From Candidatus Poriferihabitaceae bacterium (lineage in GTDB: Bacteria; Pseudomonadota; Gammaproteobacteria; Arenicellales; Poriferihabitantaceae), in contig CBDFKV010000007.1 in assembly GCA_965249035.1 (NCBI GenBank), forward strand, positions 1,408,313 to 1,472,312: DNA of 64,000 nucleotides. Direction: 5' to 3'. Positions within the stretch are counted from its first letter, which is position 1. Every line of letters starts with the position of its first letter. The notes under the pieces were generated by a model. The model made no database searches. It worked only from the letters and a program-made list of their open reading frames with translations, and was not told the origin of the DNA. Below, piece after piece: positions 1-13,038 of the stretch. Position numbers and translations under genes: made by a program.

Positions 1-1746
1 ATAAGAACCATCATACAGCGTAGCGCGGATATTCAACATGGGATACCCAGCAATAATACCCGACTGCAATGCTTGTTCTATGCCTTTTTGAACCGAGGGA
101 ATATATTCACGAGGAACGGCTCCCCCTTTGATTGCATCAACAAACTCAAAGGTCGGCGCATCATCTTCATCAGAAGGTGGCAAGGGCTCAAAGCGTACAT
201 GGACGTGACCATACTGGCCGCGACCACCGGTTTGCTTGACGTATTTGGATTCCTGCTCCACCATTTGCGTTATCGTCTCACGATAGGCTACTTGTGGTTG
301 CCCCACATTAGCTTCAACGCTGAACTCGCGACGCATGCGGTCGATAATAATATCCAGGTGCAATTCACCCATACCAGAAATAATGGTCTGGCCTGATTCT
401 TCATCGGTCTTAACCCGAAACGAGGGATCTTCCTGAGCTAACTTGCCCAGTGCGATACCCATTTTTTCCTGGTCTGCCTTAGTTTTAGGTTCAACTGCCT
501 GCGAAATAACCGGCTCCGGGAATTCCATCCGCTCAAGGATAACCACCTTGTCCGGGTCACACAGTGTGTCACCCGTCGTAATTGTTTTCAAGCCAACTGC
601 CGCAGCGATATCACCCGCGCGCACTTCTTTGATCTCTTCGCGAGAATTGGAGTGCATTTGCAGAATCCGGCCGATGCGCTCCTTCTTTTGCTTGATTGAG
701 TTATATACCGTTTCGCCTGATTTCAGCACGCCTGAATAAACCCGGAAGAACACTAGCTGGCCGACAAAGGGGTCAGTCATGATCTTAAACCCCAGCGCCG
801 CGAACGGCTCTTCATCGCTGGAGTGACGAACCATCGGCTCGCCTTCTTCGCTCTCGCCTTCGATCGCCTTGACGTCGAGTGGACTGGGCATGAAATCGAC
901 AATACCATCCAGCATCGCCTGAACGCCTTTGTTCTTGAACGCAGTGCCACAAAATACCGGGATAATCTCATTCGCCAGTGTTTGTGCGCGAATACCTTTT
1001 TTGATGTCTTCAGCGCTGAGGTCACCGGCTTCAAAATACTGCTCCATCATCGCTTCGTCACTTTCAGCGGCAGCTTCGACCAACTTTTCGCGGTACTCAG
1101 TGCAAACAGCCACTAAGTCTTCCGGAATGTCACGCTCCTCAAAAGTAACGCCCATATCCTCGGTATTCCAGTAAACCGCTTTCATCTTAACCAGATCGAC
1201 CACACCCTCGAACTTTTCTTCAGCACCGATCGGCACTTGCATAGAAATTGGGTTTGCGCCAAGACGCGTGCCGATTTGCTCAAACACGCGGAAATAATCA
1301 GCGCCCGTTCGGTCCATTTTGTTGACGAAAGCCATACGCGGCACTGCATACTTATTGGCTTGACGCCAAACTGTCTCAGACTGTGGCTCTACCCCACCGA
1401 CCGCACAGAACACCGCGCAAGCACCATCTAATACACGCAAGCTGCGCTCTACTTCAATAGTAAAGTCCACGTGGCCCGGCGTATCAATGATATTGACCCG
1501 GTGCTCATCGTAGTTTTTGTCCATCCCGCTCCAGAAGCAAGTGGTTGCTGCTGAGGTAATGGTAATCCCACGCTCTTGTTCCTGCTCCATCCAGTCCATG
1601 ACAGCGGCGCCGTCATGCACTTCACCAATCTTGTGAGAAAGGCCGGTGTAAAACAGGATGCGCTCAGTAGTCGTTGTCTTACCAGCATCGATATGTGCCA
1701 TGATGCCAACGTTACGATAGCGCTTGAGTGGGGTTTTTCTAGCCAC
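1..1746 (-). CDS. fusA: Elongation factor G, N-terminal ~582 codons; the 3' end lies beyond the window start
   Basis: Absent from the ORF track because it runs off the window. The minus-strand read from GTG at 1746 gives [35 protein letters not shown]...[25 protein letters not shown], the EF-G GTPase domain. It lies directly downstream of rpsL-rpsG, as in the str operon. Confidence 0.95.
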   Translation of the reverse strand, partial: MARKTPLKRYRNVGIMAHIDAGKTTTTERILFYTGLSHKIGEVHDGAAVMDWMEQEQERGITITSAATTCFWSGMDKNYDEHRVNIIDTPGHVDFTIEVERSLRVLDGACAVFCAVGGVEPQSETVWRQANKYAVPRMAFVNKMDRTGADYFRVFEQIGTRLGANPISMQVPIGAEEKFEGVVDLVKMKAVYWNTEDMGVTFEERDIPEDLVAVCTEYREKLVEAAAESDEAMMEQYFEAGDLSAEDIKKGIRAQTLANEIIPVFCGTAFKNKGVQAMLDGIVDFMPSPLDVKAIEGESEEGEPMVRHSSDEEPFAALGFKIMTDPFVGQLVFFRVYSGVLKSGETVYNSIKQKKERIGRILQMHSNSREEIKEVRAGDIAAAVGLKTITTGDTLCDPDKVVILERMEFPEPVISQAVEPKTKADQEKMGIALGKLAQEDPSFRVKTDEESGQTIISGMGELHLDIIIDRMRREFSVEANVGQPQVAYRETITQMVEQESKYVKQTGGRGQYGHVHVRFEPLPPSDEDDAPTFEFVDAIKGGAVPREYIPSVQKGIEQALQSGIIAGYPMLNIRATLYDGSY

Positions 1747-1782
1747 GATAATATCTCTTAATAATCCGAATCAACGATCAGC

Positions 1783-2253
1783 CTAAAAGCGAAAGTGCGA
1801 GAACGCTTTATTCGCTTCAGCCATTTTGTGCGTATCTTCACGCTTTTTAACTGCCGCACCACGCTCACCAGCAGCGTCCATTAGTTCACCAGCCAAACGT
1901 AATACCATAGTTTTCTCACCACGACGACGCGCCGCATCGACCAACCAACGCATTGCCAAAGCAACTTGACGCGAAGGGCGAACTTCCAGTGGCACCTGGT
2001 AAGTAGCACCACCAACACGACGACTTTTCACCTCAACCCGAGGGCTAACATGTGTAATCGCTGAGTTGAAGACTTCAACCGGATCACCTTCACCGCGCTC
2101 GACGATTAAGTCGAATGCGCCGTACATGATGCTTTCAGCAACTGACTTCTTGCCATCAAGCATCAGTGCATTAATGAATTTCGCCACCGTCTGATCCTTA
2201 AATTTAGGATCAGGCAGAATTGAACGTTTCGGTACTTCTCTTCTTCTAGGCAT
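1783..2253 (-). CDS. rpsG: 30S ribosomal protein S7
   Basis: 156 aa: [18 protein letters not shown]...[14 protein letters not shown], a typical S7. Position is str-operon-like. Confidence 0.97.
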   Translation of the reverse strand: MPRRREVPKRSILPDPKFKDQTVAKFINALMLDGKKSVAESIMYGAFDLIVERGEGDPVEVFNSAITHVSPRVEVKSRRVGGATYQVPLEVRPSRQVALAMRWLVDAARRRGEKTMVLRLAGELMDAAGERGAAVKKREDTHKMAEANKAFSHFRF

Positions 2254-2480
2254 TTGCTGTGCTCGTCAGAAAACAAAAAACCCGGCGCGCGAATCAATGA
2301 TCGCACGACAGACAATTAAAATTAAATAAAGCCGCTCATAACCTGCATGTTGCAGGCAACCCCTTGATTATTGCGACGCGCTTAAGCGCTAGGAGTTTAC
2401 GTAGCGACTCGGGCATTCGCCCGAGCCTATAATCTTTTTATAGCGAACTTTTTTTGTTCGCTTGGGAGAACAACTAGAGA

Positions 2481-2855
2481 TTAACTCTTCGGTCGTTTTG
2501 CCCCATATTTTGAACGTCCTTGACGACGTTCTGATACACCCGATGTATCCAATGCACCACGAACAACGTGATAGCGAACACCTGGCAAATCTTTAACACG
2601 ACCACCGCGAATCAGCACGACTGAGTGCTCCTGGAGGTTGTGTCCTTCACCACCAATATAGGAAGTGACTTCAAATTTATTGGTTAAACGTACACGTGCT
2701 ACTTTACGCAGAGCGGAGTTTGGCTTCTTCGGCGTAGTCGTATAAACGCGGGTACAAACCCCTCTCTTTTGCGGGCAAGACTCAAGCGCTGGTACGTTAG
2801 ACTTCTGTACCTGCTTCTTTCTTGGTTTTCTAACGAGTTGGTTAATCGTTGGCAT
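2481..2855 (-). CDS. rpsL: 30S ribosomal protein S12
   Basis: 124 aa: [14 protein letters not shown]...[18 protein letters not shown]...GVRYHVVRG, a canonical S12. Confidence 0.97.
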   Translation of the reverse strand: MPTINQLVRKPRKKQVQKSNVPALESCPQKRGVCTRVYTTTPKKPNSALRKVARVRLTNKFEVTSYIGGEGHNLQEHSVVLIRGGRVKDLPGVRYHVVRGALDTSGVSERRQGRSKYGAKRPKS

Positions 2856-2931
2856 TCTTTATTAATCTACCTTTAAAAACTTATATCTAAACCGCAAACT
2901 TAGGCCGACTTCCTCGGCAAAAGGGCGGCGA

Positions 2932-2960
2932 ATTCTAGGCCTTGCCCCAGTGACTGTCAA
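2932..2960 (-). promoter_or_regulatory. Sigma70-type promoter for the rpsL-rpsG-fusA (str) operon
   Basis: The minus strand reads TTGACA (2960-2955), a 17-nt spacer, then TAGAAT (2937-2932), about 75 nt upstream of the rpsL ATG. Both hexamers are near consensus. Confidence 0.55.
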
Positions 2961-3077
2961 GCGCATTTTTACGCTACCTGACCGTTAACAAAAAGCGCCC
3001 CTACTTAGATCTACTTAGACCCAACACAAATAGTATCTCTGCACTTGCTTGGACCAATTCTGCATCACAAATACTGG

Positions 3078-3111
3078 CTAAAATTGAGCCACCCAAAACA
3101 AGTGGCTCAAT
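3078..3111 (-). terminator. Rho-independent terminator downstream of rpoC
   Basis: The minus strand has ATTGAGCCAC, a 9-nt loop and GTGGCTCAAT (perfect 10-bp stem), followed by TTTTA. It starts about 40 nt after the rpoC stop. Confidence 0.7.
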
Positions 3112-3153
3112 AACTTAGGTCAGCCTGCTAGAGCAACCCTGCAAGAGTAATAA

Positions 3154-6100
3154 TTACTCGCTGCCAGCCGCATCTTCACCTGGAGCACCATCGTTGCTGG
3201 CTTCGTTCGCTACAACATCATCTGGCTGGACTTCTGGTTGATCCGTTTCCAGGCCACCACTCATTTCCTGCGCGATCAGCTGGTCAAGCTCCAGATCCGG
3301 GCCCCCACCAGCGAGTCGCTCTTCACGAGAACGCGCACGATCTTCATGATAAGCCAAACCGGTCCCGGCGGGAATCAGACGACCTACAATCACGTTTTCT
3401 TTCAAGCCACGCAAACGATCGACCTTGCCGTTGATTGAGGCTTCGGTCAAAACTCGAGTGGTTTCCTGGAAAGAAGCTGCTGAAATAAAGGAATCTGTCA
3501 ACAATGATGCTTTAGTGATACCCAGCAATACTGGGAACCAAGTTGCTGGCTTACCGCCTTTTTCGTTGATTCGATCATTTTCATCCAGTAGTACCGCTTT
3601 CTCGACTTGCTCACCGGGCAAGTTCTGAGTATCCCCAGGGTCTCCTACTCGCGCTTTGCGCAACATTTGCCGCACGATTACCTCGATGTGCTTATCGTCG
3701 ATCTTTACGCCTTGCAAACGATACACATCCTGCACTTCGTCGACCACGTAGGCGGCCAAAGCTTCTACACCACGGAATTCCAGGATATCAGAAGCCACGG
3801 GCAACCCTTCAATCACTACATCGCCACGCTCAACGGTTTCACCCTCGAATACAGCCGTGGTACGAGCCTTCGCTATCAGCGTCTCGTGGGTCTGGCCAGA
3901 TTCGTCTGTGATAACCAAGCGATATTTGGTTTTAGTTTCACGACCGAAAGAAACAACGCCTGCAGCGGTAGCCAACATCGCCGGGTCTTTTGGCTTACGC
4001 GCCTCGAACAGTTCCGCAACTCGCGGCAAACCACCGGTAATATCTCGAGTTTGAGTCGATGCCTGAGGAATACGCGCCAGCGTATCACCCACATTCACGT
4101 CAGCACCGTCGCTTAACTCAACAATACTGCCCGGAGCCAGTTGGAATCGAGCAGGAACGTCGGTCCCGGTAAACGTAGTGGGCTCACCATCATCACCTAA
4201 TAGCACGATCGTCGGCTTCAAATCCTGGGCTGTACCACGACGCTCAGACGGATCGCGCACCACATAGGTTGACGCACCGGTCAGCTCGTCGGTCTGCTTG
4301 TTAGCCGTTACCCCATCGATAAAATCATGGAATTGCACCTTACCCGCCACTTCCGAAACAATCGGGTGGGTGTGTGGGTCCCAAGACGCAACAACGTCGC
4401 CAATTTCAATTTTGTCGCCGTCCTTAACATCCAATCTTGCGCCATATGGGAGTTTGTGTCGTTCGCGCTCAAGACCATTTAAATCCTGCACAATCAACTG
4501 GCCAGAACGCGCGGTTACCACCGCTTTCTTATCGGTATTCTGCACCGATTTCACGTCCCGCAAAATGATCGTACCCTTGGTCTTAACCTCAATTTTACTG
4601 GCTACCGCACTGGCTGATGCCGCCCCACCAATGTGGAAGGTACGCATAGTGAGCTGTGTGCCTGGCTCTCCAATCGACTGCGCAGCAATAACACCGACCG
4701 CCTCGCCTTGGTTAATCTTGTGTCCACGACCAAGATCACGGCCATAGCAGCTGGCGCACACCCCGTAACGAGTTTCGCATTTAATCGCTGAGCGCACTTC
4801 GACGCTAGAGATATTAGCCGACTCAATCGCATCAACCGTTTTTTCGTTAATCATCTGATCACGCGACGCGATAACCGTTCCCTCTTTCGGATGGATAACG
4901 TCCTTAGCCGGGAAACGACCCAAGATCCTGTCGCTGAGAGGAATCACCACTTCACCGCCTTGGACCAATGCTTCTTTTTGCAGACCAATTTCGGTACCAC
5001 AGTCCACAGCCGTAACCACCAAATCCTGACAGACATCGACCAAACGACGGGTTAGATAACCTGAGTTGGCTGTTTTCAATGCCGTATCGGCTAAACCTTT
5101 ACGCGCGCCATGGGTTGAAATAAAGTACTGCAATACGTTCAAGCCTTCACGGAAGTTCGCTGTGATCGGTGTTTCAATGATCGAGCCATCCGGCTTTGCC
5201 ATCAAGCCACGCATTCCGGCAAGCTGACGAATCTGAGCGTGAGAACCACGTGCACCAGAGTCCGCCATCATGTAAATTGAGTTAAACGATTCCTGGTCAA
5301 CCTCTTTACCTTTAGCATCAATGACCTTTTCAGTGCCGAGCTCGTCCATCATGGCGTTCGCAACCCGCTCTGACGTGCGCGTCCAGATATCCACAGTTTT
5401 GTTGTAGCGCTCGCCCTCGGTCAATAAGCCGGTTGAATACTGCTTTTGAATATCCCGGATCTCATTTTCCGCAACGTCCAGAATACCTTTTTTGGCTTCT
5501 GGGATTACCATATCGTCGATACCAATCGAGATACCCGATTTAGCGGCCATTTCAAACCCGCTATACATCAACTGGTCGGCAAAAATAACCGCTTCCTTTA
5601 GGCCAATCTCATGGTATGCGTAGTTGATCAAGCCAGAGATTTCCTTTTTCTTGAGCGGCTTATCCAACAAACTCAGCGGCATGCCATCGGGCAAGATTTC
5701 TGTCAATAATGCTCGCCCGGCAGTGGTATCGCGCATGGCGAGGTGCTCACGGTCGGTTTGCCCCTTGATCTCTGGCAGACGAACCTTGATTCGTGCTTGA
5801 TAATGCAAGTTATTGGTTTCAACGGCGCGGCGTACTTCATCAACTGTTCCGTACAAAGTGCCTTCACCCAGCGCATTAACCCGCGCTCGAGTGACCGAGT
5901 ACAAACCCAAAACAATGTCCTGCGAAGGCACAATAATTGGGTCGCCATTGGCCGGCGATAAAACATTATTGGTCGACATCATCAGCGTACGCGCTTCTAA
6001 TTGCGCCTCTAATGATAAGGGCACATGCACGGCCATTTGATCACCGTCAAAGTCGGCGTTATACGGCGTACAAACCAGCGGGTGCAGCTGAATAGCCTTT

Positions 6101-7431
6101 CCTTCGATCAGCACCGGCTCAAATGCCTGAATACCAAGACGGTGCAAGGTAGGCGCCCGGTTCAATAAAACCGGATGCTCACGAATAACTTCTTCCAAGA
6201 TATCCCACACCAGCGGCAATTCTTGCTCAACCAGCTTCTTCGCATGCTTAATATTGCTGGCGTGCTCGCGGCCGATGATCTTTGCAAAAATAAAGGGCTT
6301 AAATAACTCCAGCGCCATTTTTTTCGGTAAGCCACACTGGTGCAGCTTTAAGGTCGGGCCGACCACGATAACCGAACGGCCAGAATAGTCAACGCGCTTA
6401 CCCAGTAAGTTTTGACGAAAACGTCCTTGCTTACCTTTGATCATATCGGACAAAGACTTAAGCTGACGTTTGTTCGAGCCCATGATCGCTTTACCGCGGC
6501 GACCATTATCGATCAGCGCATCAACCGCTTCTTGCAGCATACGCTTTTCGTTGGCAACGATAATGTCCGGTGCAGACAACTCCAGCAGACGTGCCAAACG
6601 GTTGTTGCGGTTAATGACGCGACGATATAAGTCGTTCAAGTCAGAAGTCGCAAAACGTCCGCCTTCCAATGGCACCAATGGCCGGACATCGGGCGGCAAT
6701 ACCGGCAATACGTCCATGATCATCCATTCCGGCTTGTTGCCGGAAAAGATGAACGCCTCAATGACTTTCAAGCGTCTTTGGAATTTCTTAATCTTGGTCT
6801 CAGAACGGGTAGCATCCAACTCTTCACGCAATTTGGTGGCTTCTTCTTCCAGATCAATACTGCGTAACAATTCACGAATCGCTTCAGCGCCCATACCGGC
6901 ATCGAATCGATCCTGAAATTCTTCAATCGCGTCGATATAGTTATCTTCGGTCAATAGCGTGCCACGTTCGAACTCGGTCATCCCTGGCTCGGTAACGACA
7001 TAAGCCTCAAAATACAACACGCGTTCGATTTCACGCACGGTCATGTCAAGCAACAAGCCCATTCGTGATGGCAGCGATTTTAGAAACCAGATGTGCGCGC
7101 ACGGTGCAGCCAACTCAATGTGGCCCATGCGCTCACGGCGAACTTCCGCCTTGGTCACTTCCACGCCGCATTTTTCACAGACTACACCACGGTGCTTCAA
7201 GCGCTTGTATTTGCCACACAAACACTCGTAGTCATTGATTGGGCCAAATAATTTGGCACAAAACAACCCATCTCGCTCGGGGCGAAAGGTGCGGTAGTTG
7301 ATCGTTTCCGGTTTTTTAACTTCGCCGTAAGACCAGGAGCGGATTTTCTCTGGGGATGCAATTTCGACGCGAATTGCGTCAAAATCTTCAGCTCGATCTT
7401 CGTGCTTAAACAGGTTGAATATGTCTTTCAT
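3154..7431 (-). CDS. rpoC: DNA-directed RNA polymerase subunit beta'
   Basis: 1425 aa. Contains the zinc-binding [23 protein letters not shown] and the catalytic [12 protein letters not shown] motif. It has an acidic C-terminal tail. Confidence 0.99.
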   Translation of the reverse strand: MKDIFNLFKHEDRAEDFDAIRVEIASPEKIRSWSYGEVKKPETINYRTFRPERDGLFCAKLFGPINDYECLCGKYKRLKHRGVVCEKCGVEVTKAEVRRERMGHIELAAPCAHIWFLKSLPSRMGLLLDMTVREIERVLYFEAYVVTEPGMTEFERGTLLTEDNYIDAIEEFQDRFDAGMGAEAIRELLRSIDLEEEATKLREELDATRSETKIKKFQRRLKVIEAFIFSGNKPEWMIMDVLPVLPPDVRPLVPLEGGRFATSDLNDLYRRVINRNNRLARLLELSAPDIIVANEKRMLQEAVDALIDNGRRGKAIMGSNKRQLKSLSDMIKGKQGRFRQNLLGKRVDYSGRSVIVVGPTLKLHQCGLPKKMALELFKPFIFAKIIGREHASNIKHAKKLVEQELPLVWDILEEVIREHPVLLNRAPTLHRLGIQAFEPVLIEGKAIQLHPLVCTPYNADFDGDQMAVHVPLSLEAQLEARTLMMSTNNVLSPANGDPIIVPSQDIVLGLYSVTRARVNALGEGTLYGTVDEVRRAVETNNLHYQARIKVRLPEIKGQTDREHLAMRDTTAGRALLTEILPDGMPLSLLDKPLKKKEISGLINYAYHEIGLKEAVIFADQLMYSGFEMAAKSGISIGIDDMVIPEAKKGILDVAENEIRDIQKQYSTGLLTEGERYNKTVDIWTRTSERVANAMMDELGTEKVIDAKGKEVDQESFNSIYMMADSGARGSHAQIRQLAGMRGLMAKPDGSIIETPITANFREGLNVLQYFISTHGARKGLADTALKTANSGYLTRRLVDVCQDLVVTAVDCGTEIGLQKEALVQGGEVVIPLSDRILGRFPAKDVIHPKEGTVIASRDQMINEKTVDAIESANISSVEVRSAIKCETRYGVCASCYGRDLGRGHKINQGEAVGVIAAQSIGEPGTQLTMRTFHIGGAASASAVASKIEVKTKGTIILRDVKSVQNTDKKAVVTARSGQLIVQDLNGLERERHKLPYGARLDVKDGDKIEIGDVVASWDPHTHPIVSEVAGKVQFHDFIDGVTANKQTDELTGASTYVVRDPSERRGTAQDLKPTIVLLGDDGEPTTFTGTDVPARFQLAPGSIVELSDGADVNVGDTLARIPQASTQTRDITGGLPRVAELFEARKPKDPAMLATAAGVVSFGRETKTKYRLVITDESGQTHETLIAKARTTAVFEGETVERGDVVIEGLPVASDILEFRGVEALAAYVVDEVQDVYRLQGVKIDDKHIEVIVRQMLRKARVGDPGDTQNLPGEQVEKAVLLDENDRINEKGGKPATWFPVLLGITKASLLTDSFISAASFQETTRVLTEASINGKVDRLRGLKENVIVGRLIPAGTGLAYHEDRARSREERLAGGGPDLELDQLIAQEMSGGLETDQPEVQPDDVVANEASNDGAPGEDAAGSE

Positions 7432-7506
7432 CAGTTTTGCCTCACTTGTTGGCCCTATTGGCCGGATATAGGTCTATGAATTAATGGGCTAAGCCTAGAT
7501 ACCTAG

Positions 7507-10500
7507 CTAGGTATCTTGCTTCAGCTCCAGATTCAGTCCCAATCCACGAATTTCTTTCACCAGTACGTTAAATGACTCCGGCATTCCAGGCTGCATGACT
7601 TGGTCGCCACGTACGATATTTTCGTACATTTTCGCCCGTCCAATGACGTCATCCGATTTCACCGTCAATATTTCTTGCAAGGTATAGGATGCACCATAAG
7701 CTTCCAACGCCCAGACCTCCATCTCACCAAAACGCTGCCCGCCGAATTGCGCTTTACCGCCCAGTGGCTGCTGCGTAATCAAGCTGTAGGGTCCAGTCGA
7801 ACGCGCGTGCATCTTGTCATCCACCAGGTGGTTGAGCTTCAACACATACATATAGCCAACGGTAACCTTGCGATCGAATTTCTCGCCGGTGCGACCATCA
7901 TAAAGGTCAGTCTGGCCGCTGGTTGGCAAGCCGGCTAGTTCCAACATGCCTTTAACTTCTGACTCGTGCGCGCCATCGAATACCGGTGTTGCCATTGGCA
8001 CACCACCACGTAAGTTGTTGGCCAATTCCAGCACTTCATCATCATTAAGAGATGCAATGTCCTCAGTCTTGCCACCGCTTTGGTTATAGACTTTATCCAA
8101 AAATTTACGCAATTCAGAAACTTTACGTTGCTGCTTAAGCATCTGATCGATTTTCTTGCCCAAACCTTTTGCAGCCCAACCCAGATGGGTTTCAAGCACC
8201 TGACCGACGTTCATACGTGAAGGTACGCCGAGTGGATTCAACACCACATCAACTGGCGTTCCATCTTCGGTAAACGGCATGTCTTCTTCCGGGACGATCT
8301 TGGAGATAACCCCTTTGTTTCCATGACGACCCGCCATTTTATCGCCCGGCTGCAAGCGCCGTTTGATCGCAACATACACCTTAACCGTTTTCAGAACGCC
8401 CGGCGCTAAATCGTCACCTGCTTTGATTTTGCCCTTCTTTTCCTCAAATAACTCATCGAATGCGCGCTTTTGAATCGACAGCTGCTTACGGATTTTCTCA
8501 ATCGAATCATTGATATCATCCTTCTTCAGACGCAGCTCAAATAGCTGTTCATCGCTCAAACCGGCCAAGTAACTTTCCGTCACTTTGCCACCCGCCTTTA
8601 AGCCTTCCGGGCCACCATCAGCCATTTTATTCAGAACCATGGCACGAATACGTGAATAGGCATCTTCTGAAATGATCCGCATCTGATCGTCAAGGTCTTT
8701 CTTAACCCCGGCGATTTGCTCGGAATCATTGGCTTGAGCACGGTTGTCTTTCTCCATGCCGTCGCGAGTGAACACCTGAACGTCAATGACCGTTGCCATC
8801 GTTCCTGAGGCTTTCATTTTCAGCGAGCTGTCTTTAACGTCAGTCGCCTTCTCGCCAAAAATCGCACGTAGTAACTTTTCTTCTGGGGTCAATTGTGACT
8901 CACCCTTCGGCGTCACTTTACCTACCAGAATATCGCCTGGGCCAACTTCCGCACCGATGTAAACAATGCCCGACTCATCTAATTTCGACAACGCCGCTTC
9001 ACCGACATTCGGTATATCGCGGGTGATTTCTTCTGGACCTAACTTAGTGTCGCGCGATACGCAGGTCAGCTCTTCGATGTGGATCGTAGTGTAAACGTCG
9101 TCTTTAACCAACCGCTCAGAGATGAGGATCGAATCCTCAAAGTTATAGCCATTCCACGGCATGAACGCGATTAAAGCATTACGACCCAGCGCCAATTCGC
9201 CCATATCGGTTGACGGACCATCGGCTAATACATCGCCAGCCTCAATGGCATCACCCGCTTTTACCAACGGCCGCTGGTTAACCGTAGTGTTCTGGTTTGA
9301 ACGCGTATATTTGATCAAATTGTAGATATCCACGCCCGGCTCACCGGTGATTTCTTCATCGTCGCTCACATGGACTACAATCCGCGAAGCATCAACCATC
9401 TCGATGGTACCACCTCGGCGTGCAACCACGGTTACACCCGAGTCAACCGCAACGGTTCGCTCCATGCCAGTGCCAACTAAAGGCTTTTCCGATCGCATCG
9501 TCGGCACTGCCTGACGCTGCATGTTGGAGCCCATCAATGCGCGGTTGGCGTCATCATGCTCCAGAAACGGCACCATCGAAGCGGCCACTGATACGATCTG
9601 CGAAGGTGCGACGTCGATAAAGTCAACATCAGCTGCAAGCATCAATGTGGTTTCGTTACGGTGTCGACAGGACACCAGCTCGCGCACAAATTTACCCTTC
9701 TTATCAAGATCGGCATTAGCCTGCGCGATTGAGAACTTGTGCTCTTCAATGGCTGACAAATAGACAATTTCGTCGGTCACTTGGGCGTTCTCTACCTTTT
9801 TATAAGGCGTTTCCAAAAAGCCATGCGCATTGGTGCGCGCAAACGCGGCCAAGGAGTTAATCAGGCCGATGTTTGGCCCTTCTGGCGTTTCAATCGGACA
9901 CACACGACCATAGTGAGAAGGGTGCACATCGCGCACCTCAAAACCGGCACGCTCACGCGTCAAACCACCCGGGCCTAATGCCGAAACACGGCGCTTATGC
10001 GTCACTTCCGACAAGGGGTTGGTTTGGTCCATGAATTGCGATAATTGGCTGGAGCCAAAAAATTCGCGCACGACCGCCGAAACCGGCTTGGCATTAATTA
10101 AATCTTGCGGTGTCAGACCATCACTCTCAACTTGGTTCAAACGCTCTTTGACCGCACGCTCAACCCGCACTAAACCAATCCGAAATTGATTTTCGACCAA
10201 TTCCCCGACTGATCGTACGCGGCGATTGCCAAGACTATCGATATCGTCGACATCACCCTTACCGTTTTTGAGGTCAATGATGATCTTCATGACATCGATA
10301 ATGTCATCTTTATCCAGCACGCCATTACCATCATCAGACTTTCGACCCAATCGACGGTTCAATTTCATCCGCCCAACCGGCGACATATCATAGCGATCCA
10401 GTGAAAAGAATAAGTTATTAAACAGCGCCTTTGAAGCTTCTTCGGTGGGCGGCTCACCTGGGCGCATCATCCGATAGATCTCTTGTTGAGCTTGCTCCAT

Positions 10501-11589
10501 CGTCCGGCTCGCGTCGATATCTAGTGTCTCAGACATAAAGGGCCCACAATCGATATCATTGGTATAAATAACATCAATTGAACGCATGTCCAGGTCGCGA
10601 ATTTTCTCTAAAGTTTCTGGCAGGATTTCAGTGTTCGCTTCAAAGATGACTTCCCCGGTCGCCTTGTCGACTAGCTCCTTGGATAAGCGGCGCCCAAATA
10701 GATGGTCTTCCGGCACTTGAATTTGTTTAATTCCTGCCTTATCGAGGATATTGATCAAGCGTGCGGTAATCCGTTTACCTGCGGGGATAATGATTTCACC
10801 ATCAGAATTGGCGATGTCGAAATCAATCTCCTGACCACGCAAACGCTCAGGCACCAACATCAAGTCGATCGATCGCTTTTTAATTTTGAAGACATCGTTC
10901 TCGAAAAAGCTCGCCAAGATTTCTTCAGTCGACAAATTCATAGCGCGCAGCAATACAGTTGCCGGCAACTTCCGACGACGGTCAATACGCACATAAAATA
11001 AATCCTTGGGGTCGAATTCCATATCCAACCACGAACCCCGATAAGGAATAATCCGCGCATTGAACAGCAACTTGCCCGAAGCATGGGTTTTGCCACCATC
11101 GTGATCAAACAGCACACCCGGAGAGCGATGTAATTGCGAGACAATAACGCGCTCAGTACCATTAATAACGAAGGTTGCGTTATCGGTCATCAAGGGGATA
11201 TCGCCCAAGAATACTTCTTGCTCAATCGCGTCCTTAATCTTTTTCTTCTTGCGATTCTTATCAAAGATGACCAGGCGCAAAGTCGCGTAAATCGGCGCAC
11301 AATAAACTAAACCACGCTGCATGCACTCTTTAACGTCAAACCGAGGCGCTGCCAAGCGATACTCAACGAAATCCAGCATCACTGCGCCGTTATAGGATTC
11401 AATCGGGAAAACCGATTTAAACGCCGCTTGCAAACCAGTAACTGGTCGATCTTTGATCGCAATGCCTTCCTGTAGAAACTTGCTGTATGACTGCTTTTGC
11501 ATGTCCAGCAAGTACGGCACATTAAAGTCTCCAGATCGTTTGCTGAAGTTCTTACGAATACGCTTCTTTTCGGTGTAAGAGTAACCCAT
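7507..11589 (-). CDS. rpoB: DNA-directed RNA polymerase subunit beta
   Basis: 1360 aa: [15 protein letters not shown]..., with the rifampicin-cluster region [34 protein letters not shown]. Confidence 0.99.
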   Translation of the reverse strand: MGYSYTEKKRIRKNFSKRSGDFNVPYLLDMQKQSYSKFLQEGIAIKDRPVTGLQAAFKSVFPIESYNGAVMLDFVEYRLAAPRFDVKECMQRGLVYCAPIYATLRLVIFDKNRKKKKIKDAIEQEVFLGDIPLMTDNATFVINGTERVIVSQLHRSPGVLFDHDGGKTHASGKLLFNARIIPYRGSWLDMEFDPKDLFYVRIDRRRKLPATVLLRAMNLSTEEILASFFENDVFKIKKRSIDLMLVPERLRGQEIDFDIANSDGEIIIPAGKRITARLINILDKAGIKQIQVPEDHLFGRRLSKELVDKATGEVIFEANTEILPETLEKIRDLDMRSIDVIYTNDIDCGPFMSETLDIDASRTMEQAQQEIYRMMRPGEPPTEEASKALFNNLFFSLDRYDMSPVGRMKLNRRLGRKSDDGNGVLDKDDIIDVMKIIIDLKNGKGDVDDIDSLGNRRVRSVGELVENQFRIGLVRVERAVKERLNQVESDGLTPQDLINAKPVSAVVREFFGSSQLSQFMDQTNPLSEVTHKRRVSALGPGGLTRERAGFEVRDVHPSHYGRVCPIETPEGPNIGLINSLAAFARTNAHGFLETPYKKVENAQVTDEIVYLSAIEEHKFSIAQANADLDKKGKFVRELVSCRHRNETTLMLAADVDFIDVAPSQIVSVAASMVPFLEHDDANRALMGSNMQRQAVPTMRSEKPLVGTGMERTVAVDSGVTVVARRGGTIEMVDASRIVVHVSDDEEITGEPGVDIYNLIKYTRSNQNTTVNQRPLVKAGDAIEAGDVLADGPSTDMGELALGRNALIAFMPWNGYNFEDSILISERLVKDDVYTTIHIEELTCVSRDTKLGPEEITRDIPNVGEAALSKLDESGIVYIGAEVGPGDILVGKVTPKGESQLTPEEKLLRAIFGEKATDVKDSSLKMKASGTMATVIDVQVFTRDGMEKDNRAQANDSEQIAGVKKDLDDQMRIISEDAYSRIRAMVLNKMADGGPEGLKAGGKVTESYLAGLSDEQLFELRLKKDDINDSIEKIRKQLSIQKRAFDELFEEKKGKIKAGDDLAPGVLKTVKVYVAIKRRLQPGDKMAGRHGNKGVISKIVPEEDMPFTEDGTPVDVVLNPLGVPSRMNVGQVLETHLGWAAKGLGKKIDQMLKQQRKVSELRKFLDKVYNQSGGKTEDIASLNDDEVLELANNLRGGVPMATPVFDGAHESEVKGMLELAGLPTSGQTDLYDGRTGEKFDRKVTVGYMYVLKLNHLVDDKMHARSTGPYSLITQQPLGGKAQFGGQRFGEMEVWALEAYGASYTLQEILTVKSDDVIGRAKMYENIVRGDQVMQPGMPESFNVLVKEIRGLGLNLELKQDT

Positions 11590-11644
11590 GAATCGTCCTC
11601 ATTTATAATCCGCGTGGTCCGGGTTTGGCCGCGCCGTGATAATC

Positions 11645-11695
11645 TTAAAGAAATCAAATGGATTTACTGCCCGTTAAAGCAGCAGTAAATCCATT
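11645..11695 (-). terminator. Strong hairpin plus U-rich tract in the rplL-rpoB spacer (attenuator-like)
   Basis: A perfect 14-bp stem pairs AATGGATTTACTGC (11657-11670) with GCAGTAAATCCATT (11682-11695) around an 11-nt loop. On the minus strand it is followed by TTGATTTCTTT. E. coli has a partial terminator at the equivalent position between rplL and rpoB. Confidence 0.6.
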
Positions 11696-11846
11696 AAATC
11701 TCAACTCGGTCTAAATAATAAAGCCGCCTAACAGAGCCCCTTTCTAAACGGCAAACGCACCCCTGCCGACAACCCAAAGATTGTCAGCAAAGGTGCCCGT
11801 ATCAACGCCCCAGAAATATCCTGGGCCGCTGACAAACCATGAAGCA

Positions 11847-12227
11847 TTACTTAAGCTCAGCGCTACCGCCAGCTTCTTCGATCTGCTTCTTAAGTTCTTC
11901 GCCTTCAGCTTTAGGAACGCCTTCTTTAACTGGTTGAGGCGCGCCTTCAACCAAGTCTTTTGCTTCCTTCAAGCCCAAACCAGTGATGCTGCGAACTACC
12001 TTGATGACACCCACTTTCTTATCACCAAACGCAGTCAGAACGACATCAAACTCGTCCTTTTCTTCAGCTGCACCAGCGTCGCCGCCTGCTGCTGGGCCTG
12101 CGGCAACTGCAACTGCAGCTGCGGCCGACACGTTAAACTTCTCTTCCATATCCTTGATAAGCTCGGAAAGGTCAAGTACTGACATTTCACCAATAGCCCC
12201 AAGGATGTCGTCTTTTGAAATAGCCAT
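11847..12227 (-). CDS. rplL: 50S ribosomal protein L7/L12
   Basis: 126 aa with an alanine-rich hinge and the C-terminal domain [27 protein letters not shown]. Confidence 0.97.
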   Translation of the reverse strand: MAISKDDILGAIGEMSVLDLSELIKDMEEKFNVSAAAAVAVAAGPAAGGDAGAAEEKDEFDVVLTAFGDKKVGVIKVVRSITGLGLKEAKDLVEGAPQPVKEGVPKAEGEELKKQIEEAGGSAELK

Positions 12228-12294
12228 TATTAATACTCCTAATTAAAAGGAAAAACCAAAAACAATAAAGAACCCAATGATTCTCAAATAACCC

Positions 12295-12819
12295 TTATGC
12301 TGCCTCTTTCTGATCGCGAATTGCTGCCAGAACTCGAACTGCCCCACTGGGCACCTCGTTGAGGGTGCGAACAAACTTGACAATCGGCGCTTGCATGGTA
12401 CCCACCAGGGTAGCCAGCAATTCGTCGCGTCCAGGTAGTTTTGCTAAAGCCTGAATCCCTGTAACATCCAACGAGTCACCATTCATGGCGCCTGTTGTGA
12501 TTTTCAAGGCTTCGTGGTCTTTAGCGAACTGTGACATTACCTTAGCTACGGCGACAGGATCGTCGCCAGCAGAGAAAATGACCGGACCTACCAAATGTTC
12601 GTCCAAGCAGGCAAAATCTGTATCTTTGACTGCCAATCGAGCCAGTGTGTTTTTAACTACTTTCAAAAACACACCCGCTTCATGCGCATCCTTACGCAGC
12701 TGGGTTAATTGCGAAACAGAGAGCCCGCGATACTCAGCCAATACGCTAGCTTGTGCCGAAGACAAGATGTCTGACACTTCACTAACAACGGCCTTTTTCT
12801 TTTCGAGAGCTGTACTCAT
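12295..12819 (-). CDS. rplJ: 50S ribosomal protein L10
   Basis: 174 aa. Sits between rplA and rplL and shows L10-like sequence (YRGLSVSQLTQLRKDAHEAGVFLKVVKNTL). Confidence 0.95.
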   Translation of the reverse strand: MSTALEKKKAVVSEVSDILSSAQASVLAEYRGLSVSQLTQLRKDAHEAGVFLKVVKNTLARLAVKDTDFACLDEHLVGPVIFSAGDDPVAVAKVMSQFAKDHEALKITTGAMNGDSLDVTGIQALAKLPGRDELLATLVGTMQAPIVKFVRTLNEVPSGAVRVLAAIRDQKEAA

Positions 12820-13038
12820 GTAGCAATCTCCTAATGTTGATGGTGCACCTAAAAGCAGGACTATCCTGGCTTAGGGATACACCGTCTACGCGGGCATTCA
12901 TTCAAAAATAGATAAATTCCTATATTTGAAATCTAATTAAATGTCGAAACATACCTGCGGTCTTTGACAAACCCACCCCTGCATACGCAGCCAGGCATAG
13001 GATCCCAAATCGTTAATAAATATAGTCTGAATCGGTAA

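Noticed and set aside
3238-11001. Many 60-170-aa plus-strand ORFs inside rpoC and rpoB (for example 3607-4116, 4298-4747, 6470-6916, 10702-11001).
   Set aside because: They lie antisense to, or out of frame within, highly conserved long genes. They have low-complexity or odd composition and no start context. These are typical shadow ORFs.
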